Assembly: GCA_043798915.1 (NCBI GenBank)
Contig: JAZDOG010000026.1
Span: 1-19,232 of the forward strand
Length of the DNA: 19,232 nucleotides
Source: Pseudomonadota bacterium
GTDB lineage: Bacteria; UBA10199; 2-02-FULL-44-16; JAAZCA01
Reading direction: 5' to 3'
Shown: piece by piece, positions 1-8,162 of the stretch
Numbering within the stretch: position 1 is the first letter of the stretch
Layout of the letters: each line of letters begins with the position of its first letter
Made by a program: the position numbers and the translations under genes
The notes under the pieces: generated by a model
Database searches by the model: none
What the model was told of the DNA's origin: nothing
The model's input: only the letters and a program-made list of their open reading frames with translations

Positions 1-2
1 TC

Positions 3-233
3 TTTCCGTTCCGCCGCCGCTGGTCGCTCTGGATGCTCGGCATGCGCATCGCGATCGACGTTGTATGGATCGACAACGGGCGCGTCGTCGGCATCGAGCG
101 AGGCATAGCCCGCCCCCCCAATGTCCGCGAGTCCTTGACGCTGCACACCTCTCCTCTGCCGGTCCTCATGGCGCTGGAACTCGCGGCGGGCAGGCTTCCG
201 CCAGGCGTCGCAATCGATGGAAAATTCAGATGA
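3..233 (+). CDS. DUF192-family protein, C-terminal part (5' end lies outside the window)
   Basis: Frame is open from the window edge: FPFRRRWSLWMLGMRIAIDVVWID..GRVVGI...P....S..PVLMALELAAG. This resembles the DUF192 pattern (FWMkn.r.plDiifid.g.vv.i ... p..yvLEl.aG). Confidence 0.75.
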   Translation, partial: FPFRRRWSLWMLGMRIAIDVVWIDNGRVVGIERGIARPPNVRESLTLHTSPLPVLMALELAAGRLPPGVAIDGKFR

Positions 234-295
234 TGTTGACAATTTGGCAATAAGATGTTTATGCGACGCGAGCTGTTACGGGAAATGGAGACAGG

Positions 296-2398
296 ATGAG
301 GCCAGCAGGGGAAGGTTCCAACAGGATTGAAGGCGGGGCGCGCACGCCGGCTGTTGCGCCTGCCGACGATTCAGCCGAGTTGACCGCCGAAGATGTGGCG
401 GCAGAATCTGTTTCCAAAAATAAATATCTCGAAAGTGCTGTTGCAGGCCGTCGGCCTGCTCCCTGGTATCGAAGGGCTTTTTCGGGGTTTCTCTCCATGT
501 TTGTGGAAGCGAACCCGCCCGCATCGGGTGTCTTTGAAGATGCGGGGCTTGTGCTGCGCAGTGGGCTGTCTCTCGTGGTGGTCGACAGCTCCTCGATTAA
601 AAACTATCTAAGGCTTTTTGAGGCGGCGGGGCACCGTTCCGGCGGCCTGCTCGGGCTCATAAGGGATCCGGACATAATATTTGCCCGTTCGAACGCTCAT
701 GGAAATGCTGGAAACAAACATGCGGATATCGATGGCATGTCTCCGAGCGATTTCTTCAGGGCGAGAAACGAGGCTGCCCATGCCGGAAAGGAAGATCTCC
801 GCTCCCTGGTGCTGCTCTACAGGAATTTCCTTAGACAGACCGCGGATGGACTTCAAAGCTCAACCGACCTTTCCAATACAATGGGTTCCTGGAATGAAAG
901 GGCCAGGCGCTCGCTTCAGACCCTCCTTGTTGTTCTGGAATCCATCCGGAACGAATCGCCCAAACTGGTGGCCGAGCTTGCGCACCATGCGGCACTCGCC
1001 GATCTTGCTGCAATCCGGGAGGGCCTCGTGAGGAAGCTGGGCCCCGACCCGAGCCTCTGGGATGAAGCCATCTCTGCACACAGAAAAAGGAGCCCTGGCG
1101 CTGAAATCGGTTTTGAGGGCGCTATGACATCCGGCGATCCTGCTCTGTTTGCAGATCATCCGCTGTTCGATCCGGCGGTGCGGGCTGCGCCGCAGAGACT
1201 GGGCGGACCTGGAAAGCTGGACAATGATTTTAAACGGGTCGCCACACACGACGGTTCGCTGCTCTTCGCGCGGGATGAGACATTTCCTGCAGGTCGCCCG
1301 CAGGCGAGGGTCACGGGCGATCCGGCCAGCCTGGCTGAAATTGCCGAGAGGCTCATCGCGGCGAACGGCGGCACGAACCTCGACAGCGCAGGCGACGCAT
1401 ATTTTCCGGTCAACCAGGCCATCAGCCAAATGAGGGCCTTTCCCTCTTCTCTGGACACGTGGCCGAATGAACTCGACCTCGCGAACGCGACGGCGATCGC
1501 CTTTCTCTTCAACGAAGGCACCATGATGCACGAGCTCGTGTTTGGGCACAGCCACAACTTTATCCGCAGTGTTGGAAATAATGTTCCTTCGCTCCAGGAA
1601 TCTCTCGTCCCTCGCATGTTGGAATGGGTGCTCGACACCTATCGCAAGGATGCTTCGTATGAGAGGCCGTTTCTCGTATCTTCTTCGCCGGACGCCGAGT
1701 CGATCCTTGTCTCGATAAGGAATGCGGCGAGGCAGGCGGGGCCGGAAATATATTCGACGGTTGTGTCCGCATTGCGGACGCATGACGTGTTTTCATCTGC
1801 CATGGAAGGCAAAGATGTGCATGAGGTGCGCGCGGGCGTCACGGTCGATCGAAAGGGGAAGCTTGCAGCGATAGTGGTGCAGCTCTTCGACGAGCCTGAC
1901 GGCTTTCTGGATACTTCGCCGGTCACTGTCCTTGAAGGGCGGATCGATTCCGACGGGGGCCTCAGATGGACGACGGAGCTCCACGATTCCGCGCCGCGTC
2001 ACATCGACGCGTTTCCTTTGGCCCCGGAATTTCCTGTGGGGCTGACGCCGAAAATGATCAGAAACAGAGGCAACCCGGCCGGCGGCAGAGGAGGCCCCGC
2101 AGGCTCCGGAAACGGCGGCCCGGTACCTTCAGGCGGCCCTTCCGGCAGCACGCCACCCACAGGCGGGTTGGCTGCGAGGGCGTCTACAGATGGGGAAATA
2201 AGGGTGGCAGGCGTCTCTGGCGTGAATGTCCCCAGACATAAAGGTGTTCCCGTTGTGCATCATCGCTCGGCCGCAGCCAGCGCAAGGGAAGCTGCGCAGC
2301 ACGCGATCAGCGGCGGAGAAGCGGTCTATGATCAGGGCTTGCCGGCAGCATTTCTCCCGCCTGTCGCCGTCGAAGCGCTGCCCATTATCGTTTTTTAA
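296..2398 (+). CDS. Large hypothetical protein (700 aa) with low-complexity N-terminus and Gly/Ser/Pro-rich C-terminal linker
   Basis: Long uninterrupted ORF with GGAG (285-288) shortly before the ATG. No family motif recognised. Confidence 0.75.
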   Translation: MRPAGEGSNRIEGGARTPAVAPADDSAELTAEDVAAESVSKNKYLESAVAGRRPAPWYRRAFSGFLSMFVEANPPASGVFEDAGLVLRSGLSLVVVDSSSIKNYLRLFEAAGHRSGGLLGLIRDPDIIFARSNAHGNAGNKHADIDGMSPSDFFRARNEAAHAGKEDLRSLVLLYRNFLRQTADGLQSSTDLSNTMGSWNERARRSLQTLLVVLESIRNESPKLVAELAHHAALADLAAIREGLVRKLGPDPSLWDEAISAHRKRSPGAEIGFEGAMTSGDPALFADHPLFDPAVRAAPQRLGGPGKLDNDFKRVATHDGSLLFARDETFPAGRPQARVTGDPASLAEIAERLIAANGGTNLDSAGDAYFPVNQAISQMRAFPSSLDTWPNELDLANATAIAFLFNEGTMMHELVFGHSHNFIRSVGNNVPSLQESLVPRMLEWVLDTYRKDASYERPFLVSSSPDAESILVSIRNAARQAGPEIYSTVVSALRTHDVFSSAMEGKDVHEVRAGVTVDRKGKLAAIVVQLFDEPDGFLDTSPVTVLEGRIDSDGGLRWTTELHDSAPRHIDAFPLAPEFPVGLTPKMIRNRGNPAGGRGGPAGSGNGGPVPSGGPSGSTPPTGGLAARASTDGEIRVAGVSGVNVPRHKGVPVVHHRSAAASAREAAQHAISGGEAVYDQGLPAAFLPPVAVEALPIIVF

Positions 2399-2420
2399 CA
2401 GGCATAAAAATATCCTACAG

Positions 2421-2449
2421 TTGAAAACGCTGCGCGAGACGTGCATAAT
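2421..2449 (+). promoter_or_regulatory. Sigma70-type promoter for the 2459 gene (near-leaderless transcript)
   Basis: TTGAAA (2421-2426), 17 nt, CATAAT (2444-2449). The ATG at 2459 follows with no Shine-Dalgarno. Confidence 0.55.
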
Positions 2450-2458
2450 GACCCGCCT

Positions 2459-3136
2459 ATGGTGAAGAATCCAAAAGATCGACAGGGCAGCAAGAAGAGC
2501 AAGGCGCGAAAGGCCGTGAAACTTCCGGTCCGCGGCAAGAAGGGTGCGGTCGGAAAAGCGAAGGGCGCGGCTAGCCCGAAGAAGGTCGTCAAAGGCAAGG
2601 GGCCGAGGCTCGCGACAAAGGCCGGGAGGGAGCTTCGCGAAGTTGCAGCGTCTGTCTCCGCCTGCCTGACGGAGACAGGCCACGATCCAATCCTCACCGG
2701 CAGCGCCTGCGCTGCCATCTACGGCGGCAAATCCATCAAGCCGCAATCGATCGAATTCGTCATAAAGGATTACGCGGTCGATGCGGTCAATGTTGCGATG
2801 GAGAAGCTCGGCTTCGTCGCCAGGAGCGATCATTCGTTCATAAAGAAGGATTGTCCGTTCGAGATCGTGCTCGTGCCGGCGCCGGTCGTCGCGGGCGACG
2901 ACGTTGTGAGCATTTTCGATGCAGTCAGGACCGCCGCCGGATCGATCAGGCTGCTCAACCCCACGGATTGCGTCCGCCAGAGGCTCTCGGCCTTTTATCG
3001 CTGGGGCGATCGCGAGGCCCTCCTCGAAGCGCTGCGCGTCAGCCGGCGGCATAAGGTGGACATGGATCTCATCCGGCGCTGGTCGGATTGGGAGTGGGCC
3101 GCCGACGGATTCGAAGAATTTACAAAATCCCTTTAG
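2459..3136 (+). CDS. Nucleotidyltransferase-fold protein with Lys-rich N-terminal tail; catalytic motif degenerate
   Basis: Start moved from GTG 2441, which lies inside the promoter, to ATG 2459. LTGSACAAIY...QSIEFV and LLNPTDCVRQRLSAFYRWGD...VDMDLIRRWS resemble a standalone NTase-like family that, as I recall it, reads LVGGACVSIY...SxDLDFV. Confidence 0.6.
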   Translation: MVKNPKDRQGSKKSKARKAVKLPVRGKKGAVGKAKGAASPKKVVKGKGPRLATKAGRELREVAASVSACLTETGHDPILTGSACAAIYGGKSIKPQSIEFVIKDYAVDAVNVAMEKLGFVARSDHSFIKKDCPFEIVLVPAPVVAGDDVVSIFDAVRTAAGSIRLLNPTDCVRQRLSAFYRWGDREALLEALRVSRRHKVDMDLIRRWSDWEWAADGFEEFTKSL

Positions 3137-3201
3137 CCTAGACCCCCGACAACTGACCATCTGCGTCGTTGCCAGCAAACTAGCGATTCTCAGTCTGGTA
3201 A

Positions 3202-5763
3202 TTAATTCGTATATTTTACAATAACGACATTAAAATATGCATCCGTATCGGGGGCTACGGATACGCCTGGTCCAAAAGTATATATGTTGCCTCCGTCAGG
3301 ATATCCGGCGAGATACCCGACTGCATATGCATTGCCGTCGGGATCCTGCGAAACTCCCTTGAACTCTGAATCATCATAATCATAGCCCCCGTCCACAACC
3401 GAAACCGTATTTGCCGATTGCGCCGTGCCGCTCGTGTTATATTTTACAATGACGACATTAGGACCCGAATAATTGGCGGTTGCGGTTACGCCTGCTCCAA
3501 AAGTATATGTGCCGGTGTTGTCGATCTCCCCGGACGCATATATATTGCCGCTGGCATTCACCGAAACTGCATCGAAGAATGAATTGTTCACTCCGCCGGA
3601 AACCGTCTTTGCCCATTGCGCCGTGCCGCCCGTGTTATATTTTGCAATGACGACATTAGTGCCTCCAGTATCGCCAGCTGCAGTTACGCCTGCTGCAAAA
3701 GTATATGTGCCGGCTCCGCTGATATACCCGACCGCATATGAATTGCCGTCGGTATCCGCCGAAACTCCAGCGAACGACGAAATACTTCCTCCGCCGGAGA
3801 CCGTCTTTGCCCATTGCGCCGTGCCACTCGTGTTATATTTTACAATGACGACACTAAAGGCGCCTGCAACATCGCCAGTTGCAGTTACGCCTGCACCAAA
3901 AGTAAATGTGCCGGTTCCGCGGATATGCCCGGCCGCATATGCATTGCCGCTGGCATCCACCGAAACTCCCTTGAATCGTGAAATGGCATTTCCGCCGGTA
4001 ACCGTTTTTGCCCATTGCGCCGTGCCGCCCGTGTTATATTTTACAATGACGACATTGTCGTTGGCTGCATAATCGGCGGCTGCGGTTACGCCTGCTGCAA
4101 AAGTAAATGTGCCGGCTCCCTTGATCGTCCCGACCGCATATGCATTGCCGTCGGTGTCCACCGAAACTCCATTAAACACCGAAATACTTCCTCCGCCGGT
4201 AACCGTCTTTGCCCATTGCGCCGTGCCATTCGTATTATATTTTACAATGACGACATTCTGGCCGCCTGCATAATCGGCGGCTGCAGTTACGCCTGCTCCA
4301 AAAGTAAATGTGCCGGCTCCGGTGATATACCCTGCCGCATATGCATTGCCGCTGGTATCCGCCGAAACTCCAAAAAACTCCGAAGCATTCCCTCCGCCGG
4401 TGACGGTTTTTGCCCATTGCGCCGTGCCGCTTGTATTATATTTTACAATGACGACATTATTGCCGCCTGCATAATCGGCGGCTGCGGTTACGCCCGCTCC
4501 AAAAGTGAACGTGCCGGTTCCGTAGATAGCGCCAACCGCATATGAATTGCCGCTGGTATCCACCGAAACTCCATCGAACACTGAATCTTTCACTCCGCCG
4601 GTATCCGTTCTTGCCCACATCGATGCCGCCGCTGCGCAAGTGAGTATAATGCTGGAGACGTTGGCGCCGTTTATGGCTCCGCCTCCATTGCCGTCGTCGC
4701 CGCCAGTGACAACGCATGTCTGGCCGGCGGGCTGCGTGCTGACCGTGACCGCATAGCCTGCATGATCTGCAAGCTGCGTGTCGAATGTGAAGGCGCCGTT
4801 CGCGTTTATTGATTCGTCGTCCGTTGCGTTGTCCTGGAGCACGACCGTTCCGGTCAATCCGGCCACTGTTCCGCCGACGGAGTATGTGTCTGTCGAGCAT
4901 GTCACGTTGGCGTTCGTGATGTTCGCAGCGCTTATTGTGCCCGAGGGGTTCGCTACCGTGCAGGTCTGGCCGGCGGGCTGTGTCTTCACGGTCACGCTGT
5001 AAGCCGCGCCGTTCGCAAGTGCCGTGGAAAACGAATAAGCGCCGCTGGATGTGAGCGACAGGTCGTCGCCGCCGTTGTCCTGCAGGACGAGCGTTCCGGT
5101 CAACCCGGCCACTGTCCCGCCGACGGAGTATGTGGGATTGGCCGTCCACTTCGCGTAGAGCGTTACATTGACCGCACCCATGGCCAATATTTGCGCCTGT
5201 GTATATGTGGTCCCGCCTCCGTCCGCCTGTGTGTTCCAGCCCGAGAAGGCAAAGCCGGTTTTTACGAGGGCGCCTGTATTGGCGAACACCGTGGCAGCCA
5301 TTCCCTGCTCATAGTTGGTCGTGTCGGTCGGCACAGCGCCGCCGGCATTGGCGTTGCCGTCGTAGGTGACCGTGTATGTGGGATTGTTCGTCCACCTCGC
5401 GTAGAGCGTCACATTGTCCTCACCCATGATGAATGTTTGCGCCTGCGTATAGGTGGTCCCGCCTTGGTCATCCCGTGTGTTCCAGCCCGAGAAAACATAG
5501 TAATCTTTTACGAGACCTCCGGTATTGCCAAGGGTCGTGACGACCTCGCCCGGCATGTACGTGATCGTGTCGGTCGGCGCAGTGCCGCCACTATTGTAGT
5601 TGCCGTCATAGGTTACGGTGTATGCGGTGATGCCGCCACCTTCAGAATTGTGTGAGCTCAGCAATTGCCCACTGGTGCACCCACACATCACCACCATCGG
5701 GATCAGGACCAGAAGGAGCCCGATAAACAGCTTCGAATAGAACTCCTCTGAGTTCTTATTCAC
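3202..5763 (-). CDS. Surface lipoprotein (853 aa): 2 InlB B-repeat/Listeria-Bacteroides repeat domains, 2 beta-sandwich repeats, and a 7-repeat SBBP-like beta-propeller
   Basis: GTG start with GAGGAG RBS. Hydrophobic signal ends in VMCGC (lipobox-like). YTVTYDGN...GxxFSGWNT...VTLYAxW occurs twice, YSVGGTVAGLTGT.VLQDN...QPAGQTC twice, and the (WAKT)...F.GVS.D..GN.YA.G...NVVIVKY unit seven times. Confidence 0.85.
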   Translation of the reverse strand: MNKNSEEFYSKLFIGLLLVLIPMVVMCGCTSGQLLSSHNSEGGGITAYTVTYDGNYNSGGTAPTDTITYMPGEVVTTLGNTGGLVKDYYVFSGWNTRDDQGGTTYTQAQTFIMGEDNVTLYARWTNNPTYTVTYDGNANAGGAVPTDTTNYEQGMAATVFANTGALVKTGFAFSGWNTQADGGGTTYTQAQILAMGAVNVTLYAKWTANPTYSVGGTVAGLTGTLVLQDNGGDDLSLTSSGAYSFSTALANGAAYSVTVKTQPAGQTCTVANPSGTISAANITNANVTCSTDTYSVGGTVAGLTGTVVLQDNATDDESINANGAFTFDTQLADHAGYAVTVSTQPAGQTCVVTGGDDGNGGGAINGANVSSIILTCAAAASMWARTDTGGVKDSVFDGVSVDTSGNSYAVGAIYGTGTFTFGAGVTAAADYAGGNNVVIVKYNTSGTAQWAKTVTGGGNASEFFGVSADTSGNAYAAGYITGAGTFTFGAGVTAAADYAGGQNVVIVKYNTNGTAQWAKTVTGGGSISVFNGVSVDTDGNAYAVGTIKGAGTFTFAAGVTAAADYAANDNVVIVKYNTGGTAQWAKTVTGGNAISRFKGVSVDASGNAYAAGHIRGTGTFTFGAGVTATGDVAGAFSVVIVKYNTSGTAQWAKTVSGGGSISSFAGVSADTDGNSYAVGYISGAGTYTFAAGVTAAGDTGGTNVVIAKYNTGGTAQWAKTVSGGVNNSFFDAVSVNASGNIYASGEIDNTGTYTFGAGVTATANYSGPNVVIVKYNTSGTAQSANTVSVVDGGYDYDDSEFKGVSQDPDGNAYAVGYLAGYPDGGNIYTFGPGVSVAPDTDAYFNVVIVKYTN
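3210..4620 (-). repeat. Seven tandem ~198-201 bp coding repeats (propeller blades)
   Basis: The GCCCATTGCGCCGTGCC-type anchor recurs at 3413, 3611, 3809, 4010, 4211 and 4412, and degenerately at 4613. Spacings are 198, 198, 201, 201, 201 and 201. Confidence 0.9.
4635..5625 (-). repeat. Two pairs of duplicated ~80-aa stalk domains
   Basis: Approximate limits: beta-sandwich pair 4635-4885 and 4895-5130; InlB B-type pair 5143-5377 and 5392-5625. Duplication is visible in both DNA and protein. Confidence 0.8.
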
Positions 5764-5841
5764 GTTTAATCTCCTCAGTTACAGCTCATGCCTCAAACTA
5801 TTGTACCAGTCGGGGGACATAGACGCCCCCTGTGGTAATTG

Positions 5842-5857
5842 TGCAATTGTCATGCCG
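5842..5857 (-). promoter_or_regulatory. Sigma54 (-24/-12) promoter for the surface lipoprotein
   Basis: Minus strand reads CGGCATGACAATTGCA, which is GG-N10-GC and close to TGGCACG-N4-TTGCW. It lies ~80 nt upstream of the start codon. Confidence 0.7.
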
Positions 5858-5893
5858 ATACCTCATCCGTTTTCGTGTAATAATATTCCGGAA

Positions 5894-5972
5894 TATCAGA
5901 TAGTTAGAAAGCTGAGGTGGGAGGGAAGTGACCCGGTGAGTGTTTTTTGACTTAAATCGTCATTTTTTTGAC
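5894..5972. promoter_or_regulatory. Candidate IHF site and enhancer-binding-protein sites
   Basis: TATCAGATAGTTA (5894-5906) is near the IHF consensus WATCAANNNNTTR. TGAC-N7-GTCA-N6-TGAC (5948-5972) lies ~100 nt upstream of the sigma54 box. Confidence 0.45.
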
Positions 5973-5994
5973 CATTAAAATGAGATTTTCAACG

Positions 5995-6015
5995 GGGAAA
6001 AGGGGACGTTTCCCG
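5995..6015 (+). repeat. Left arm of an imperfect 21-bp inverted repeat flanking MNT-HEPN module 1
   Basis: GGGAAAAGGGGACGTTTCCCG matches the reverse complement of 7171-7191 (GGAAAAAGGGGCCGTTGCCCG) at 18/21 positions. Confidence 0.55.
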
Positions 6016-6100
6016 AAAATCTTCGCGTGAGCCGGTGGCATCGCGTGGACAGGGAAAAGGATGAAGCCTTAGGGAGTTTCTCTGATGGTTCAAAAGCCTG

Positions 6101-6133
6101 TTGATTAATGTTATCAATAATGATACATATGTA
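6101..6133 (+). promoter_or_regulatory. Candidate promoter/operator of MNT-HEPN module 1
   Basis: Palindrome TTGAT-N7-ATCAA (6101-6117) and palindrome TACATATGTA (6124-6133). TTGATT-17-TACATA has promoter spacing, but the -10 box is imperfect. Confidence 0.4.
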
Positions 6134-6139
6134 GCCGTT

Positions 6140-6736
6140 ATGAGAACGCCAGAAACAAAGGGCAACGCGCTTACCGTCTTGTTCAACAAGACCTGCGTCC
6201 TTCTCCTTTCTCTGCTTTATAATAATACCGAAAAAACGTTTTATTTGCGCGAAATAGCGCGAAAAATCGGCATGGGAGCTGGAACGGTGCAAAGGGAGCT
6301 TGCCAAGCTGGTAGCTGCTGATCTGGTTGTCCGGCAGGTCAATGGAAAACAAGTCTATTATGGGGCGAACACGAGATCTCGCGTTTTTAACGAAGTCCGC
6401 GGTTTGGTAATCAAGACTTTCGGTCTGGCAGACATCATAGAAGAAGCACTCGATCCTCTCTCGACCAGGATCGATTACGCTTTTATCTATGGCAGTCAGG
6501 CGGAGGGCGCCGCCACAGCTGATAGCGATATCGATCTGATGATCGTGGGCCGAATCGGCGAAATGGAATTGCACAAGGCCATCGGCAAAGCGGAAAAAGA
6601 ACTGGACAAGGCAGTAAATTATTCGCTTTTCACTCTGGGCGAATTCAGGAAAAGAAAAAAAGATAAAAATGGATTCATCGATCGCATCACCGCCGGCAAA
6701 AAAATCATGCTGATCGGGGATGAAAATGAAATATGA
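6140..6736 (+). CDS. wHTH-fused minimal nucleotidyltransferase (MNT/MntA-like antitoxin)
   Basis: HTH segment FYLREIARKIGMGAGTVQRELAKL; GS-X10-DxD motif (YGSQAEGAATADSDID). ATG 6140 preferred over TTG 6101. Confidence 0.85.
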   Translation: MRTPETKGNALTVLFNKTCVLLLSLLYNNTEKTFYLREIARKIGMGAGTVQRELAKLVAADLVVRQVNGKQVYYGANTRSRVFNEVRGLVIKTFGLADIIEEALDPLSTRIDYAFIYGSQAEGAATADSDIDLMIVGRIGEMELHKAIGKAEKELDKAVNYSLFTLGEFRKRKKDKNGFIDRITAGKKIMLIGDENEI

Positions 6737-7163
6737 AGGTTTATTGAAATCAGGAAAGATAAAGAAGCAGCGAGTCTCCAGCGACGAGATAGAGAGGGCG
6801 CTGTCACGCGCTGAAAGGGATTTGAAGACCGCACATTCGGTTATGGCTGGAGATTGGGACTGGGGTTTTGCGATAGCGTACAACGCCGTTCTGCAGGCCT
6901 CTCGCGCATTTATGTTTGCCGAAGGTTTCAGGCCGGCCAGCTACGAAGGACATAAAAACACATTCGCTTTTATGCTCATCGCAATGGGAAAGACCTATGA
7001 AGATTTGATCACTTATTTTGATAGGGTCCGAAACAAGCGAAACCAGGCGATGTATGATGTTGCAGGCATGATAAGCGAAACGGAGGCCAAAAATCTTTTC
7101 AAGATGGCGGTTGATTTCGTGGCGCTCGTCAAAAAAATTCTGAAAGAGAAAAATACCCGCTGA
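6726..7163 (+). CDS. HEPN-domain protein (MNT partner, RX4Y variant)
   Basis: Overlaps the MNT stop. AERDLKTA...AYNAVLQASRA...H...RNQAMYD. The alternative start is ATG 6720. Confidence 0.85.
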   Translation: MKYEGLLKSGKIKKQRVSSDEIERALSRAERDLKTAHSVMAGDWDWGFAIAYNAVLQASRAFMFAEGFRPASYEGHKNTFAFMLIAMGKTYEDLITYFDRVRNKRNQAMYDVAGMISETEAKNLFKMAVDFVALVKKILKEKNTR

Positions 7164-7170
7164 CCCTCGG

Positions 7171-7191
7171 CGGGCAACGGCCCCTTTTTCC
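7171..7191 (-). repeat. Right arm of the imperfect inverted repeat flanking module 1
   Basis: Begins 8 nt after the HEPN stop; 18/21 identity to 5995-6015 in inverted orientation. Confidence 0.55.
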
Positions 7192-7341
7192 AAGCCCGGC
7201 AAAAGCCCACAAACTAGCTAAAAGCGAGGCGTTGCACTGTCTCCCCCGGCGGCGTATAAATTGTGCAATTTTTGAGGCGCGGGAACGGTTTTCATTTGTG
7301 CCACCGGAACCCCTTGATGAACCGGCTTTTTTAGAAAATAG

Positions 7342-7384
7342 TTGCAGGCTTTCCGTGATTATGGAATAATGTCCATATATATGG
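7342..7384 (+). promoter_or_regulatory. Sigma70-type promoter and operator of MNT-HEPN module 2
   Basis: TTGCAG (7342-7347), 17 nt, AATAAT (7365-7370) with an extended TG. The palindrome CCATATATATGG (7373-7384) covers the predicted +1 and the ATG. Confidence 0.5.
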
Positions 7385-7929
7385 TAAATAAACCCCATAC
7401 ATGGAAAAGGCTTTTTTCGACGCCGAAACTCAGGGTCCTTGATTTTCTCCTCCAGCATCCAGACCTCGAACTCAATGACACCGAAATAACTGCGCGGATA
7501 AAGGGGGTGGAGCGTTCTGCCGTCAATATGTCGTTGCGCGAACTAGCCCGAATGGGCCTCGTCGAGAGGGCGGCGCGCGGCAATATGGCCATGAACCGCC
7601 TCATAGAATCCCCTTTCGTTCACGCGCTTAAGATCGCCAGCAATTTGATGCTCGTTCAGGATCTCGTGGAGCGTCTGAAACCGCAAAGCTCAAGGATCAT
7701 CCTCTTCGGCAGCAGGGCTATGGGGGACAACACTTCAGAGAGCGACAGCGACCTGTTCGTGGTGTCAGACGAAGCCGCCGCCGTCATGAAAATCGCACGC
7801 AAATTTGAACATGAAGAAAAACTGCAGATCGTCGTCAAATCCAATGCGGAGTGGTTGTCGCTGCCGCAAGATGACGGTGTTTTATATGAAACGATAAGAA
7901 GGGGAATCCTCATATGGGAACGGAGCTGA
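7381..7929 (+). CDS. wHTH-fused minimal nucleotidyltransferase (MNT antitoxin-like)
   Basis: HTH-like segment TEITARIKGVERSAVNMSLRELARMGLV; FGSRAMGDNTSESDSD fits GS-X10-DxD; C-terminal IRRGILIW. Confidence 0.85.
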   Translation: MVNKPHTWKRLFSTPKLRVLDFLLQHPDLELNDTEITARIKGVERSAVNMSLRELARMGLVERAARGNMAMNRLIESPFVHALKIASNLMLVQDLVERLKPQSSRIILFGSRAMGDNTSESDSDLFVVSDEAAAVMKIARKFEHEEKLQIVVKSNAEWLSLPQDDGVLYETIRRGILIWERS

Positions 7930-8162
7930 AGGGAAAATACGACGAATGCGTTAAAAACAAGAGGATCAAAACATTTTCTGATGGCCCTCGGCTTATAGGC
8001 AAGGAGCTTGGCGTTGCGAAAAAGGACCTTGAGGTGGCGAGGAAGGGGCTTGTTGATTCGCAGTGGAAATGGAGCATCATTCAGGCCTACTACGCAATGT
8101 TTCACGCTGCCCGCGCGCTTCTATTTGCAAAAAGCTTGAACGAACACTCGCATTATTGCCTC
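7914..8162 (+). pseudogene. 3'-truncated HEPN gene (UPF0332/COG1895-like); the ORF reads on to 8357 through non-coding palindromic DNA
   Basis: AKKDLEVA...AYYAMFHAARALL...EHSHYCL is HEPN-like for 83 codons. The sequence then becomes unrelated and has no R-X4-H/Y motif. Confidence 0.7.

Noticed and set aside
236..270. Sigma70 promoter for the 700-aa gene
   Set aside because: TTGACA is present, but there is no convincing -10 box at 16-18 nt spacing.
3210..4620. CRISPR array or DGR template/variable repeats
   Set aside because: Units are ~200 bp, in frame and protein-coding. Differences are not adenine-specific, and no cas or reverse transcriptase gene lies in the window.
5985..6014. Remnant 3' end of an IS256-like element (TTTCAACGGGGAAAAGGGGAC)
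   Set aside because: The resemblance is from memory only and there is no adjacent transposase fragment. The inverted match to 7171-7191 explains the sequence better.
6101..6117. FNR box
   Set aside because: FNR needs TTGAT-N4-ATCAA and the spacing here is N7. It is more plausibly the module's own operator.
7250..7266. Second sigma54 promoter (CGGCGTATAAATTGTG)
   Set aside because: It has GT rather than GC at -12, and a better sigma70-type promoter lies at 7342-7370.
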